DNA from: Thermoanaerobaculia bacterium
GTDB lineage: Bacteria > Acidobacteriota > Thermoanaerobaculia > UBA5066
Length of the DNA stretch: 64,000 bases
Reading direction: 5' to 3'
Assembly (NCBI GenBank): GCA_963816185.1
Contig: CAWFJJ010000001.1
Coordinates: 288,001-352,000, forward strand
The notes below the pieces were generated by a model. The model was not told where the DNA came from. It saw nothing but the letters and a program-made list of their open reading frames with translations, and made no database searches. A program made the position numbers and the translations under genes. Shown piece by piece: positions 1 to 10,439 of this stretch (position 1 is the stretch's first letter; each line of letters begins with the position of its first letter).

Positions 1-192
1 GTCGGAAACGGATCCCGACGAGACCGTCGCCCGCACTTCGTGGTTGTCGCCAAGAGCGGAGAGGAGGCCCGACTTGAAGACGTGCACGGTGAACGAGGAC
101 TGCTTGGTGTCGATGGCCCACGTCTCGCCGTTCGCGGATGCGCAGAGGAGCGCCGAGGCCAGGACGGCGCCCGGGAGGAGTTTTCGTCTCAT
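1..192 (-). CDS. YceI-like secreted protein, N-terminal part (runs off window)
   Basis: Manual translation from ATG 192: MRRKLLPGAVLASALLCASANGETWAIDTKQSSFTVHVFKSGLLSALGDNHEV. Signal peptide plus W-x-ID-xxxS start typical of YceI; AAGGAGG SD upstream. Confidence 0.65.
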   Translation of the reverse strand, partial: MRRKLLPGAVLASALLCASANGETWAIDTKQSSFTVHVFKSGLLSALGDNHEVRATVSSGSVSD

Positions 193-256
193 GGAAGGAC
201 CTCCTTCATGTCTCGCCGGAAGCAATCGGCGGGCCGGACTGCCTATACTCCGCGGA

Positions 257-1213
257 ATGAAGAAAGCCGCGCTCGTCCTTCTTGTGGCAGCTCTGTCCCT
301 CCCCGCGCTCGCCGACGACGCGCTCGGAACGCTCACGGTGAAAGGAAAGACGACGGTCCTCAAGGCGGTCGCCGCCACCGAGGAAACCGGCGAGGGCGGG
401 CAGAAGTGGCTCGTCATCCTCGCGTCCGACCGGAAGGTGGAGGGCGATCACTCCATCGCGCGTCTCGCGCAGCTCGCGAACGACGGCAAGCTCCACGCCG
501 TGAGAATCCTCTGGCGGATCGGGAGCGACACGGTGCGGGCGGTCCCGTACGACGCGAAGCTTCCCACGAGCGGCCAGATGGGCCAGGAGAGCCCCACGCT
601 CGACCTCCGGAAGTACGGTTCGGGCCGCGTCGACGCGGAGTTCAAGTCCAAGATGCTGGGACAGGACTGGCACTTCCACGCGAACGTGAAGGCGAAGGTC
701 GTTCCCGGCGGGACCCTCGAGTACGAGCACGAGGCGCAGAGCTCGGTGCGGCGACCCCGGGCGGCGACAAGAAGCTCGCGCTCGGAAAGCTCGGCTACGA
801 ATACACGCCGGAGTCGTTTCACCACGCGATCTCGGACGGGAACCTCGAGGCCGTGCGCCTCTTCCTCGCGATCGGGATGTCGCCGAACGCGCATGCGAAG
901 GGCGACAACCACCCGATGATCATGGCGGCGATGGGCTGCGGCAACCCGGACAAGAGCGGACGATCGCTCGAAGATCCTCGAGACGCTCGCGTCAGGCGGC
1001 GGAGACGTGAAGGCGGCGGACCAGAACGGATCGACCGCGCTCCTGTGGGCCGTCCAGGGCGGCTGCTCGGCCGACAGCGTCAAGGCGCTCCTCAAGGCCG
1101 GTGCGAACCCGAACGTCCGCGCCAAGGCCGGCGCCACGCCGCTCATGTTCGCGGAGCTCTTCAAGCGCACGGAGCTTGCGGACATTCTCAAGGCGGCGGG
1201 CGCGAAAAAGTAG
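257..1213 (+). CDS. Secreted ankyrin-repeat protein (two apparent frameshifts, ~740 and ~970)
   Basis: Signal peptide MKKAALVLLVAALSLPALA. Ankyrin motifs in successive frames: AISDGNLEAVRLFLAIGMSPN, NGSTALLWAV..LLKAGANPNVRAKAGATPLMFA. Confidence 0.7.
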
Positions 1214-1230
1214 CTCGGCCTGCCGCCGTT

Positions 1231-2010
1231 CTACCTACGACCCGGTGCGCGGGCCTCTCGCTCGGCCGCCTCGGCCGCTTCCGAAGCCTTTCGTGCCTCG
1301 GCACATTTCGCTTCGAGCGCCTTTTCTTCGGCCGCAGCCTCGGAGAGCGCGACTTCGAGCGAGGCCTTCTTCCTTCGGATCGCCGCGACCGCTTTCTCGG
1401 CGGCGCGGAGGCTCGCGCTTGCCCGCCGGGCTTCCTTCGTCCGCTCCGCGAGCGCCTTCTGAGCCTCGCGACGGGCCGGGGCCGCTCGGGGAAGGCGCGG
1501 TCCCGCGGCGCCGCCCCGAGAATGCCGAGCGAGGCGACCTCGTCGAATCCCGGCGCTTCCACGTCTTCGCTCAAGCGTCCGGCGAGCGGACGGCCGGCGG
1601 CGCTGCCGTACGGTCGCGATCGCTTCGAGAGTCGCCGAGACGCGGCGCAGGACGTCGGGATTCGCCGCGAGGCCCGCGCCGACGAACGCACGCTCGACTT
1701 CCCGCCGCGCCTCGTGGACGGCATCGCGCCTCTTCCGCATCGACTCGCGCGGATCGGAGCCGCCCAAGCGCAGCCGGTCGCCCGACGCGACGAGCGCCGC
1801 GAGGACACGCGGTGCGGATAGCGCCAGGTGGTTGACCCCCCACGCGGCGGCGTTCGGCTTTTTCAGCGCCTTCACCCGCGCGGCGTCGTCCTTTCGGCCG
1901 GCGGCCTCGAGCGTCTTCACGAGCGCGTTGCGGGCGGAGACGAACTCCGAGGGCGGGGAGGCGTAGAGCGTGTCGAGCTCCGCTTCGATGTCGATGCCGG
2001 CCTTCGCCAC
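1231..2010 (-). CDS. Conserved hypothetical coiled-coil protein (compensating internal frameshifts)
   Basis: LDTLYASPPSEFVSARNALVK...LKKPNAAAWGVN N-terminus; the middle reads naturally in the alternative frame (GRLSEDVEAPGFDEV); Ala/Glu/Lys-rich C-terminus. Confidence 0.6.
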   Translation of the reverse strand: MAKAGIDIEAELDTLYASPPSEFVSARNALVKTLEAAGRKDDAARVKALKKPNAAAWGVNHLALSAPRVLAALVASGDRLRLGGSDPRESMRKRRDAVHEARREVERAFVGAGLAANPDVLRRVSATLEAIATVRQRRRPSARRTLERRRGSAGIRRGRLARHSRGGAAGPRLPRAAPARREAQKALAERTKEARRASASLRAAEKAVAAIRRKKASLEVALSEAAAEEKALEAKCAEARKASEAAEAAEREARAPGRR

Positions 2011-2058
2011 AGGCGGATTCTGTCAGGGCCGCCCGTAGGAGGGCGAAAACCCACGGCA

Positions 2059-2108
2059 TTGATTTTTTTAAGCTGCATCTTGATTTTTTTAAGTCCAAGC
2101 GCTATGTT
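2059..2108 (+). promoter_or_regulatory. Sigma70 promoter with tandem direct-repeat operator
   Basis: TTGATT(2080-2085)-17bp-TATGTT(2103-2108); the 14-mer TTGATTTTTTTAAG occurs at 2059-2072 and 2080-2093. Confidence 0.7.
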
Positions 2109-2116
2109 CCTGAGGT

Positions 2117-2494
2117 ATGGCTCAGGACTGGCAAGCTCTGACAGACCTCACGCGCGGCGAGCCGATCCTCGTCGAGCGCGTCCGACTCGCCGGACGGGAC
2201 GTGAGCATCGAAGGCAGCTTCGAGCCTCCGCCGCTGGCCCGGCTGTCCGCCGAAGACCAGGTCTTCGTGGCCGCGTTCGTGAAGTGCCACGGGTCGATCA
2301 AGCAGATGGAGAAGTACTTCGGGGTCAGCTACCCGACGATCAAGAACCGTCTGAACAGGATCGGCGAGGGGCTCGCGTTCGTCGAGATCGCGAGCGACGA
2401 CGCGCCGCCCCCGCAAGACGTCCTCTCGCGGATCGCGGACGGAACGATCACGGTGCAGCAGGCGCTCGAAGAGCTGAAGGCGACGCGGAAGTAG
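2117..2494 (+). CDS. DUF2089 family HTH protein
   Basis: LARLSAEDQVFVAAFVKCHGSIKQMEKYFGVSYPTIKNRLNRI signature; C-terminal SHOCT-like GTITVQQALEEL. Confidence 0.85.
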   Translation: MAQDWQALTDLTRGEPILVERVRLAGRDVSIEGSFEPPPLARLSAEDQVFVAAFVKCHGSIKQMEKYFGVSYPTIKNRLNRIGEGLAFVEIASDDAPPPQDVLSRIADGTITVQQALEELKATRK

Positions 2495-2526
2495 GAGTTC
2501 ACAGAACCGGAACGGAGGAGGACCCC

Positions 2527-2934
2527 ATGTCCGAAGACAGGAAACGTGTGCTCGAAATGCTCGCGAGCGGCAAGGTGACCGTGGACGAGGCCGAACGCCT
2601 CCTTGCCGCGCTCGGGGACCCGCCGCCGCCTGCGCCCGACGCCGTAGCCGCGCCGCAGCGCCCGGGCCGCTTCTTCCGCATCGTCGTGAGGAAGAACGAG
2701 GGCAGCGGCAAGAACGTCGACATCCGCATCCCGCTCTCGCTCGTGAAAGGCGGTATGCGCATCGGCGCGATGATCCCGGGCTGCGGCGAGGCCGTGACGG
2801 AACAACTGCGCAAGAAAGGCATCAACCTCGACGTGACGAAGCTCGATCCCGACGGCCTCGAGGCCGCGCTGCGCGACATGGGCGAGATGGACATCGACGA
2901 CGGCAAGTCGCACGTGCGCATCTCGTACGAGTGA
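2527..2934 (+). CDS. SHOCT-like domain protein (usual DUF2089 partner)
   Basis: MSEDRKRVLEMLASGKVTVDEAERLLAAL start, NVDIRIPLSLV motif; GGAGGAG SD. Confidence 0.8.
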   Translation: MSEDRKRVLEMLASGKVTVDEAERLLAALGDPPPPAPDAVAAPQRPGRFFRIVVRKNEGSGKNVDIRIPLSLVKGGMRIGAMIPGCGEAVTEQLRKKGINLDVTKLDPDGLEAALRDMGEMDIDDGKSHVRISYE

Positions 2935-2959
2935 GCCGGCCGGAGAACGGAGGCGAGCT

Positions 2960-3862
2960 TCATCGGCGCGGGAGGGCGCCGGCCGTCAGGAAGGCCCGGA
3001 ACTGCTCGTTCTTCGCGACGACGTCGTTGTGCTCGAGCGCGGAGTCGATGAAGACCAGCCTGTTCTTCCGAAGGAGGTCCTGCGTGACGGCGGTCTCCGG
3101 AACCGCGGCGAACGGGATGTCCCACGCGCGGAGGTCGTCCATGAGGTCGAGCGACTGGTCCCGCGTGCCCCCCTCGGCCGTGTAGATGTCGACGAGCCTG
3201 CCGGGGAAACGGTCGATCCAGTGCGCGAACTTCTCCGACTGGCCGTAGAGCGCGTCGAACAGGTAGACCTCGCGGATGTTCGCGGTCAGGCCGCCCCGCG
3301 TCAGGATGTACGCCATGACCCTGTACGCCCCGCTGTGCCCGGCCAGGACGATCGAACCGGGCTTCGTGTTCTTGATCACGCCGCGCGCCTTCAGCGTCGA
3401 GAGCACGTCGGCGACGAGCTTCGAGAAGACGCCTGTCTCCTCGAGCTTCCCGCCGAAGGAGTCGGGCGCGTTCTTCGGCCCTTCGGGGAGGACGAGGACC
3501 GCGTTCACGCCGCTCGCCGCGAGCTGCTCGGCGACGCGGAACTGCGCGAACGTGTCGTCGACGTTGTTGCGCCACCCGTGGAAGTAGAAGACGAGGCTTG
3601 TGGCGCCTCCGGCGCGGAAGCCCTTCGGCACGAAGATCGCCACCGTGCGGTCGCTGTAGTGGACGTCGGCGGGATACGTCTTCCCCTCGTAGGTGTACCC
3701 CTTCGCGCGCTTCTCGTGCGGGAACATCGTGAAGTCCGACGTCGTCACGATCATCGTGCCGATGTCGGCGTAGCGCTCCGCGAGGGGCTGAGCGGGCTGG
3801 GCGGCGGCCGTGCCCGCGGCGAGCGTCACGGCGAGGGCCAGAACGTGTCGGATCTGTTTCAC
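2960..3862 (-). CDS. Secreted alpha/beta-hydrolase-fold protein
   Basis: Signal peptide; VFYFHGW, LAGHSGAYR and LFDALYG motifs. Confidence 0.7.
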   Translation of the reverse strand: MKQIRHVLALAVTLAAGTAAAQPAQPLAERYADIGTMIVTTSDFTMFPHEKRAKGYTYEGKTYPADVHYSDRTVAIFVPKGFRAGGATSLVFYFHGWRNNVDDTFAQFRVAEQLAASGVNAVLVLPEGPKNAPDSFGGKLEETGVFSKLVADVLSTLKARGVIKNTKPGSIVLAGHSGAYRVMAYILTRGGLTANIREVYLFDALYGQSEKFAHWIDRFPGRLVDIYTAEGGTRDQSLDLMDDLRAWDIPFAAVPETAVTQDLLRKNRLVFIDSALEHNDVVAKNEQFRAFLTAGALPRR

Positions 3863-3903
3863 GGTCCGCGGATGCTACACGGCGCAAATCGGCGCGGGCA
3901 GGA

Positions 3904-3933
3904 AGTAAGAGTCTCCCTGGTAAGATTCTTACT
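3904..3933 (+). promoter_or_regulatory. vapBC promoter/operator palindrome
   Basis: GTAAGA-T-TCTTAC (3920-3932) overlaps -10 TAAGAT; extra half-site AGTAAGA at 3904. Confidence 0.6.
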
Positions 3934-3947
3934 CTGAGGGAGGCGCC

Positions 3948-4172
3948 ATGAAGATCACGTCCAAGGGCCAGGTCACAATTCCCATCGGGATTCGCCAGCG
4001 TTTCGGCTTGCTGCCGGATACCGAGGTGGCGTTCGAAGCGCGGGGCGGCGCGGTGGTCATCCGGAAGGTGCGGGAGAGCGGGAGACGGGGCGCGAACGTC
4101 GTCGCGCGGCTGAAGGGTAAGGCCACGTCCGGCCTGAGCACGGACCAGATCCTCGCGCTCACCCGTGGCTGA
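3948..4172 (+). CDS. vapB: AbrB/MazE-type antitoxin
   Basis: MKITSKGQVTIP swapped-hairpin motif; overlaps the downstream PIN gene. Confidence 0.9.
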   Translation: MKITSKGQVTIPIGIRQRFGLLPDTEVAFEARGGAVVIRKVRESGRRGANVVARLKGKATSGLSTDQILALTRG

Positions 4173-4569
4173 CACGCTCGTCGACAGCAATGTCCTTCTC
4201 GATGTTCTGACCGAGGATGCCCGCTGGTTCGCGTGGTCATCCGAAGCCTTGGCGCGCCGAGCCGGGGAGTCGGCGTTCGTGATCAATCCGATCGTCTACG
4301 CGGAGGTGTCGATCGGCTTCACGCGGATCGAGGACCTGGACGAGGTGCTGAATAGCGCCGGTTTCGAGAGGCGGCCGCTGCCGTGGGAAGCCGCGTTCCT
4401 CGCGGGTAAGTGCTTCCAGCGCTATCGGGGGCGCGGCGGCGTTCGGACGTCCACACTTCCAGACTTCTACATCGGCGCGCACGCCGTGGTTTCGGGCCTC
4501 GCACTCCTCACACGGGACGCCGCGCGATATCGGACGTATTTTCCGGGACTCGAGGTCATTTCACCGTAG
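4165..4569 (+). CDS. vapC: PIN-domain toxin
   Basis: LVDSNVLLD, YAEVS, LPDFYIGAHA, LLTRD acidic PIN motifs. Confidence 0.9.
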   Translation: MADTLVDSNVLLDVLTEDARWFAWSSEALARRAGESAFVINPIVYAEVSIGFTRIEDLDEVLNSAGFERRPLPWEAAFLAGKCFQRYRGRGGVRTSTLPDFYIGAHAVVSGLALLTRDAARYRTYFPGLEVISP

Positions 4570-4622
4570 AGGCATCGGGGCTCGCGCCGGCCGCAGTCCC
4601 TGTCTCACAGAAAGCTCCGCCC

Positions 4623-7600
4623 TCACCTCACCGGCATCGGCGGCCGCTTCGGCCTGACCGGCGGGTTCTTCTTCAGCTCCTCCATGACGATCGAAATCGC
4701 CTTCTCGAGCTGCGGGTCGTGGCCGGAGATGACGTCGGCCGGCGTCTGCTCGACCTCGACGTCGGGCGGGACGCCGACGTTCTCGACGCCGAAGCCTTCC
4801 TCCGGCGTCCAGAACCCGATGTTCGGCGCGGTGACGACGGCGCCGTCCATGAGCGTCGGGAAGCCGAGGATGCCGACGAGGCCGCCCCACGTGCGCTCGC
4901 CGACGATCGTCCCGACCTTGAAGTGCCGGAACATCCACGGCAGGAGGTCGCCGCCGGAGCCGGCCGTCTCGTCGATCAGCATGACCTTCGGCCCCTGGAT
5001 GGACGCGGTCGGCGTCTTGAGGTCCTCGCCGTAGCGCATCGCCCACCATGCGATCGGCTGGCGGGTGAGCGCCTCGATGTAGTAGTCCGCGATGCTGCCG
5101 CCGCCGTTGAACCGCTCGTCCACGATGATCGCGTCCTTGGCCGCCTGCGGGTAGAAGTAGCGCTTGAAGTACGTGAAGCCGAGGTCCGCCGTGTTCGGGA
5201 CGTAGACGTACGCGACGCGCCCGCCCGTCGCGGCGTCGACCTTTCGGAGGTTCCCTTCCACCCAGTCACGGTTGCGAAGCAGCGCCTCGTTCGCCACCGG
5301 GACGACGCTGACCGTGCGCGCGCCCTTGCCGTCCGCGGTCGGGCCGACGGTGATCTCGACGATCTTCCCGGCCGTGGCCTCGAAGCGCTCGTAGAGGTTC
5401 TCGGGCGGCGCGAGGGCCTTGCCGTTCACCGCGAGGAGGTACTCGCCCGACTTCACCTCGACGCCGGGCTCGGAGAGCGGCGCGCGCAGCTCGGGGTTCC
5501 AGTTCAGGCCGCCGAAGACTTTCTTGAAGCGGTAGCGGCCGTTCGCGACTTCGTAGTCCGCGCCGAGGAGCCCGCCCGGGACGGGCGTGACTTCGCCGAA
5601 CGAGTCGCCCGGCGTGATCCGGTGGTGGCCGACGGAGAGCTCGCTGCACATCCACTGGATGACGCGGTTGAGGTCGGTGCGCGACGAAAGGTACGGAAGG
5701 AAGGCGGCGTACTTCGCCTTCATGGCCTTCCAGTCGACGCCGTGCATCTTCGGGTCGTAGAAGAAGTCGCGGTTGACGCGCCAGGCCTCGTCGAAGATCT
5801 CGGGCCACTCGGCACGAGGATCGACGCGCACGGCGATCGCGTCGAGGTTGAGCTTGCCGCCCGCGCCTTCCTTCGGCTTGCCGTCCGGACCCTCCTTCGG
5901 GTCGGCCTTCTTCGGGGACGACGGGACGATGAACCACGAGTCCTTCCGCGGCGCCCCGTTCTGAGTCTTCTCCTTCTGCTTGAAGAGAATCTTCTTGCCG
6001 TCGAAGGAGACGAGGTAGTCGTCGGCCTCGGGGACGATCGTCTCGGTCTTGCGGTCCTTGAAGTCGAAGCGCTGGACGGACGTCTTTCCGTCGGCGGCGC
6101 GCTGGAAGAAGACCTGGCCCGCGCTGCCGGCCTGGAGGTTCGAGATCTCGGCGGGGTGGACCGGGAGGTCGACGATGCGGAGATTGAAACCGTCGCGGTC
6201 GATCACGACGGGCTCGGGCTTCTTCGGGGCTTGGCCTTCCAGCTGCGGCATTCGTGTCGCCGTCCTTGGAATCGGCGGGACGGTCGCCTTTGCTCCTTTC
6301 GAAGAATCTTCTTCTTTCTTCTACTTCCGTCTTCGCGCCGTCTCGCCCTTCTCCTCGTCGCTCTCTTTCGCGAGCGGCGAAGGCGTGCCCTTCTTCAGCG
6401 TGGCGACGTAGATCGCGTTCGTGATGCGGGAGTCGGTGCTCTGCAGGGAGAACCAGCGTGCGCTGCGGTCCGGCGTCGGTCGAGGCGAGGAAGTAGAGGA
6501 ATTTGCCGTCCCGGTCGAAGGCGGGGTCCGAGACGTCCGAAAGGCCGTCCGTGAGCGCGTACGACTTGTCCTCGCCCACGGAGTAGACGAACGCGGTGCG
6601 GATGTACGTGGGGCCCGAGAGCGTGTAAGCCACCCAGCGCGAGTCGGGCGACCACGTGCCGCGGAGCCGCCGCGTCTCTTCCGGTCCGTAGCGGCTCTCA
6701 GCCGCGATCTTCTTCGAGGCGCCGCTCGCGAGGTCCACGATCCACAGTGTCAGGGAGTTGTCGGTGAGGACGATCTTCTTTCCGTCGGGCGAGAAGACGA
6801 GGTCGTCGTAGAAACCCGAGCCCGGGACCTTGATCTTCCTCGGCGCGCCCCTGCCGTCCTGCGTGCGCACGACGAGCTCGTTCTCGCCGCTCTCGTCGGA
6901 GACGTAGGCGATCTCCTTGCCGTCCGGCGACCAGGCGGGCGCGCGCTCGTGCGCGGCGGTCGTCTCCGTGAGGTTGCGGGGATCGCCCTTTTCGGCCGGA
7001 ACGGTCACGATCTCGCCCCGGAACTCGAACGCGGCGCGCGCGCCGGAGGGGGAGAGGGCGGCGCCGCGGATCCACTTCGCGCCTTTCGCCCAGCGCGGGC
7101 GCGTCTCGAGAAGGTCGCCCGCGACCGTGATGGCAAGGTCGGTCGTCTTCTTCGAGGCGAGGTCGAGAAGGTGGAGCGTGCCCGCCTGCTCGTAGACGAT
7201 GCGTCCCGCCGCCGCCGCCGCGTTGAGGACGGGGAAGTCCTTGAGGTCGGTCAGGCGCTCGAGCGACTTCGACTTTGCGTCGTAGGCATAGACGTTGAAC
7301 TCGCCGTCGCGGTCGGAGCGCAGATAGAGAGCCCCGCCGATCCACATCGGGTCCACGTCGTTGCAACGCGTCGCGGGCTGGGGAATGCGGTTGATCGCGT
7401 GCGTCGCGACGTCGAAGAGCCACACCTTCGAGACGAGCCCGCCGCGGTAGCGCTTCCACTGCAGGTGCGCCGGGTTGTTCGGGTTGTAGGCGATCGTCTT
7501 TCCGTCGGGCGAGTAGGCGGCGCGGCTGGCGTACGGGATCGGGAGGGCGGTCTCGAGCCCGCCCTCCACGGGCACCGTGTAGAGCTGCGTGTGCCGGTTG

Positions 7601-8016
7601 TTGACGGCGGCGCGCGGCGACGTGAAGAGGACGGATTTGCCGTCGGGCGCGAAGCCCTGCACGACGTCGCGTCCGGGATGCCACGTAAGCCTCTTCGGCA
7701 CGCCGCCCGCGGCGGGGACGACGTAGACGTCGAGGTTGCCGTCGAGCTCGGCGCTGAACGCGAGGAGCGAGCCGTCGGGGCTGAAGGCCGGCCGCATCTT
7801 CACGCCCGGACCGGAGGTGATGCGTTCGACGCCGCCGCCGTCGAGGCGGCACGTCCAGATGTCGTTCCCGTAGACGAAGGCGATGCGGTCTTTCGAGAGC
7901 GCCGGGTCCGTGAGCATCTTCGACGGCCCAACCGGGGCGGCCGCGGCGAGCGCGGCGGACGAGACGGCGAGAGAGAGCGTGAGAGACAGGGCGATGACGG
8001 CGAGACGTGCGCGCAT
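4623..8016 (-). CDS. Tricorn-like S41 protease (PD40 propellers, PDZ, S41), frameshifted ~6250-6470
   Basis: Signal peptide; repeated P(A)FSPDG WD40-like motifs; IVDERFNGGG, AGSGGDLLPWMF, GERTWGGLVG, ENVGVPPD catalytic-domain motifs. Confidence 0.9.
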
Positions 8017-8135
8017 GGGATGGATTCTGCATGTCCTTCGGGCCGCGACGGCGCGGGGACAAAAAAAAGGTCTCACAACCCGGTGGCGCCGCCCCCGCGT
8101 CGACACAATTTCGGAGAAACCGGGGTGAAACGGCC

Positions 8136-8151
8136 TGGCCCGCGCGATGCA
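8136..8151 (+). promoter_or_regulatory. Putative sigma54 promoter
   Basis: TGGCCCGCGCGATGCA = GG-N10-GC, about 20 nt upstream of ATG 8173. Confidence 0.45.
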
Positions 8152-8172
8152 TGGTGATTGGCGGAGAGAGCC

Positions 8173-8547
8173 ATGTCCGCTCGCACGCCCGAGGATTGCG
8201 ACCGGCTGTTCGCCGAGCGCGTGAATTCCGGCGATCTCGGCGGCGCCCTGGCGCTTTACGAGGACCGTGGGTGCTACGTGCTCCGCGACGGCGTCGCGAG
8301 GGGCCCGGCGGCGATTCAGCCGGTCCTCGAGGAGCTCATCGCGTCCAAGCCGCGGCTCGAGTGCGAGGTGAAGCGGGTCGTGCGCGCGGGCGACGGCCTC
8401 GCGCTTCTCTACAACGACTGGCGCGTGACCGTGGGCGGCGAGGACGACCTGTCGATCGAGCGCACGGGCAGGGCCGTCGAGCTCGTGCGGCGGCAGGCGG
8501 ACGGCACGTGGCGATTCGTCATCGACGACCCTTACGGACGGACCTGA
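8173..8547 (+). CDS. SnoaL/NTF2-like (YybH/DUF4440) protein
   Basis: NSGDLGGALALYE...RRQADGTWRFVIDDPY signature. Confidence 0.85.
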   Translation: MSARTPEDCDRLFAERVNSGDLGGALALYEDRGCYVLRDGVARGPAAIQPVLEELIASKPRLECEVKRVVRAGDGLALLYNDWRVTVGGEDDLSIERTGRAVELVRRQADGTWRFVIDDPYGRT

Positions 8548-8554
8548 CCTGCGC

Positions 8555-10360
8555 TCAGAAACCCTTCGGCCGCTCCCCCCGCACGCCGAACGCCTTCTCG
8601 AGCGCGATTCCCGCGCGGCCGATCGTCCCTTCGTCGAAGAGGCGGCCGACGAGAGTCACGCCGTGCGGGACGCGCCTCTTCGGCGAGAGCTTCGGGAGCG
8701 GCCGGGCCGGATCGGGCGCCCAGTCGCTGCGGGCCTGATCGATCTCGACGAAGCCGGCGGGCAGCGTCAGCGAGGGGTGGCCGGTGAAGTTCGTGATCGT
8801 GAGGATCTCGTCGCGGAGCGACGGGACGAGGAGGAGGTCCACCGTCGAGAAAATTCGTGCGATCTCCTGCGCGACCTTGCGCCGCAGCCGGTCCGCCTGC
8901 ACGTAATCGACCGCCGAGAGAAACCGCGACTGACGGAACGTGTTCGGCCAGGCGTCCGGCACCTGCATCCTGAGCTGATCGAGACCGCCGGAGAGCGTCA
9001 GCTCCTCGAACGAGGCCGCTGCCTCGGCAAAGAGAATCGTGTTCAAGGAGCCGTAGGGCCAATCCGGCAGGCTCACCTCGACCGTCGTCATCCCGAGGCG
9101 GCGAACGGTCTCGAGCGCGGCGCGGTCGACGTCGGTCGCCGGGCTCTCCTTCATCCACTGCGGGAAATACCCGACGCGCAAGCCCGCCACCGCGCGGTCC
9201 GGCTCGAAGTCGAGCCGGCTCGGAACGCTCGAGACGTCCCCCGGGTCGGGTCCGGCGATCGCCGCGAGGACGAGAAAAGTGTCCTCGACGCCGCGCGCCA
9301 TGGGACCGAGCTTGTCCATCGACCAGGAGAGGGTCATCGCGCCCGTTCGCGCGACGCGCCCGAACGTGGGCCTGAGGCCCGTGACGCCGCAACGCATCGA
9401 CGGGTCGACGATGCTCCCTTCCGTCTCGCTTCCGATCGCGAACGCCACGCATCCGGCGGCGGTCGCCGAGCCCGGACCGGCGCTGCTGCCGCCCGAGCCT
9501 TCCTCGAGAAGCCACGGGTTCTTCGTCTGGCCCGAGAACCAGACGTCGTTGAGCGCGAGCGCGCCCAGGCTCAGCTTCGCGACCAGGACGGCGCCGGCGT
9601 CGTGGAGGCGCCGCACGACCGCTGCATCCGCGTCCGGCACGCGGTCGCGAAACGGCTCCGCGCCCCAGGTCGTGCGGATGCCTTTCGTGTCGAGGAGGTC
9701 CTTGACGCCCCACGGGATGCCGTGCAGAGGGCCCCGGTACTTCCCGGCCGCGATCTCCGCGTCGGCGCGGCGGGCCTGCTCGAGGGCGAGGTCAGGTGTC
9801 AGCGTGATGACGCAGTGCAGATGGGGATCGAAGCGCCGAAGGCGGTCGAGGTAGATGCGGGTGAGGCGCTCGGAGGAGAGGGCCTTCGACTCGATCCAGC
9901 GCGACAGCGCCGCGACGGGCGCGAACGCGATGTCCCCGTCGTGTTTCGGGAGCGGGCCGAGGGCGACCTTGCTCCGTGAGAAGACGCCGCGCGCGGGGAC
10001 CGTCGACGTACCGGGCAGGATCGGGTTCCATTGCGACGCGGGCGCGAGGGATGGCTCGAGCGCGACTTTCCTCGGACCCGTGCGCCGCTCCATCGTGCCG
10101 GCCATGGACTCGCGCCAGTTCCCCGCGGCCTGCGCGCGGTCCTTCGGCGTCATGGAGACGCGCACGAGCTTCTCGGCCTCGGCGATCGTCGTGGGTGAGA
10201 CCTCGGGCCCTACGGCGGGCGCCGTTCCGAAGGCGGGCGGCGTCCCGGCGGCAGGCGTGGAGGCGGGGGGCGGCGTCTGCGCGTCCGCGCGCATACCCGT
10301 TACGAGCGCGGCGGCGGAGGCGGCGGTAGTCGTCAGGAACTCGCGGCGGGACTTGGGCAT
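8555..10360 (-). CDS. Tat-exported amidase (amidase signature family)
   Basis: MPKSRREFL Tat motif; GPLHGIPWGVKD, GGSSAG, GSETEGSI motifs (Lys-cisSer-Ser triad). Confidence 0.9.
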   Translation of the reverse strand: MPKSRREFLTTTAASAAALVTGMRADAQTPPPASTPAAGTPPAFGTAPAVGPEVSPTTIAEAEKLVRVSMTPKDRAQAAGNWRESMAGTMERRTGPRKVALEPSLAPASQWNPILPGTSTVPARGVFSRSKVALGPLPKHDGDIAFAPVAALSRWIESKALSSERLTRIYLDRLRRFDPHLHCVITLTPDLALEQARRADAEIAAGKYRGPLHGIPWGVKDLLDTKGIRTTWGAEPFRDRVPDADAAVVRRLHDAGAVLVAKLSLGALALNDVWFSGQTKNPWLLEEGSGGSSAGPGSATAAGCVAFAIGSETEGSIVDPSMRCGVTGLRPTFGRVARTGAMTLSWSMDKLGPMARGVEDTFLVLAAIAGPDPGDVSSVPSRLDFEPDRAVAGLRVGYFPQWMKESPATDVDRAALETVRRLGMTTVEVSLPDWPYGSLNTILFAEAAASFEELTLSGGLDQLRMQVPDAWPNTFRQSRFLSAVDYVQADRLRRKVAQEIARIFSTVDLLLVPSLRDEILTITNFTGHPSLTLPAGFVEIDQARSDWAPDPARPLPKLSPKRRVPHGVTLVGRLFDEGTIGRAGIALEKAFGVRGERPKGF

Positions 10361-10439
10361 GGTCATCCTTTCCGTGCGGCGTCGTGGAGAGCGGCAAGCC
10401 TGCCACAAGTCGGTAACATCAGTCATCGCTTCACCGCGC

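Noticed and set aside
6321-6323. In-frame TAG in the tricorn linker as possible recoding
   Set aside because: Lies in a low-complexity, indel-rich stretch; a sequence error is more parsimonious.
10388-10408. Sigma54-like box upstream of the Tat amidase
   Set aside because: GG-N10-GC is present, but the -12 element is a poor match; chance is likely in GC-rich DNA.
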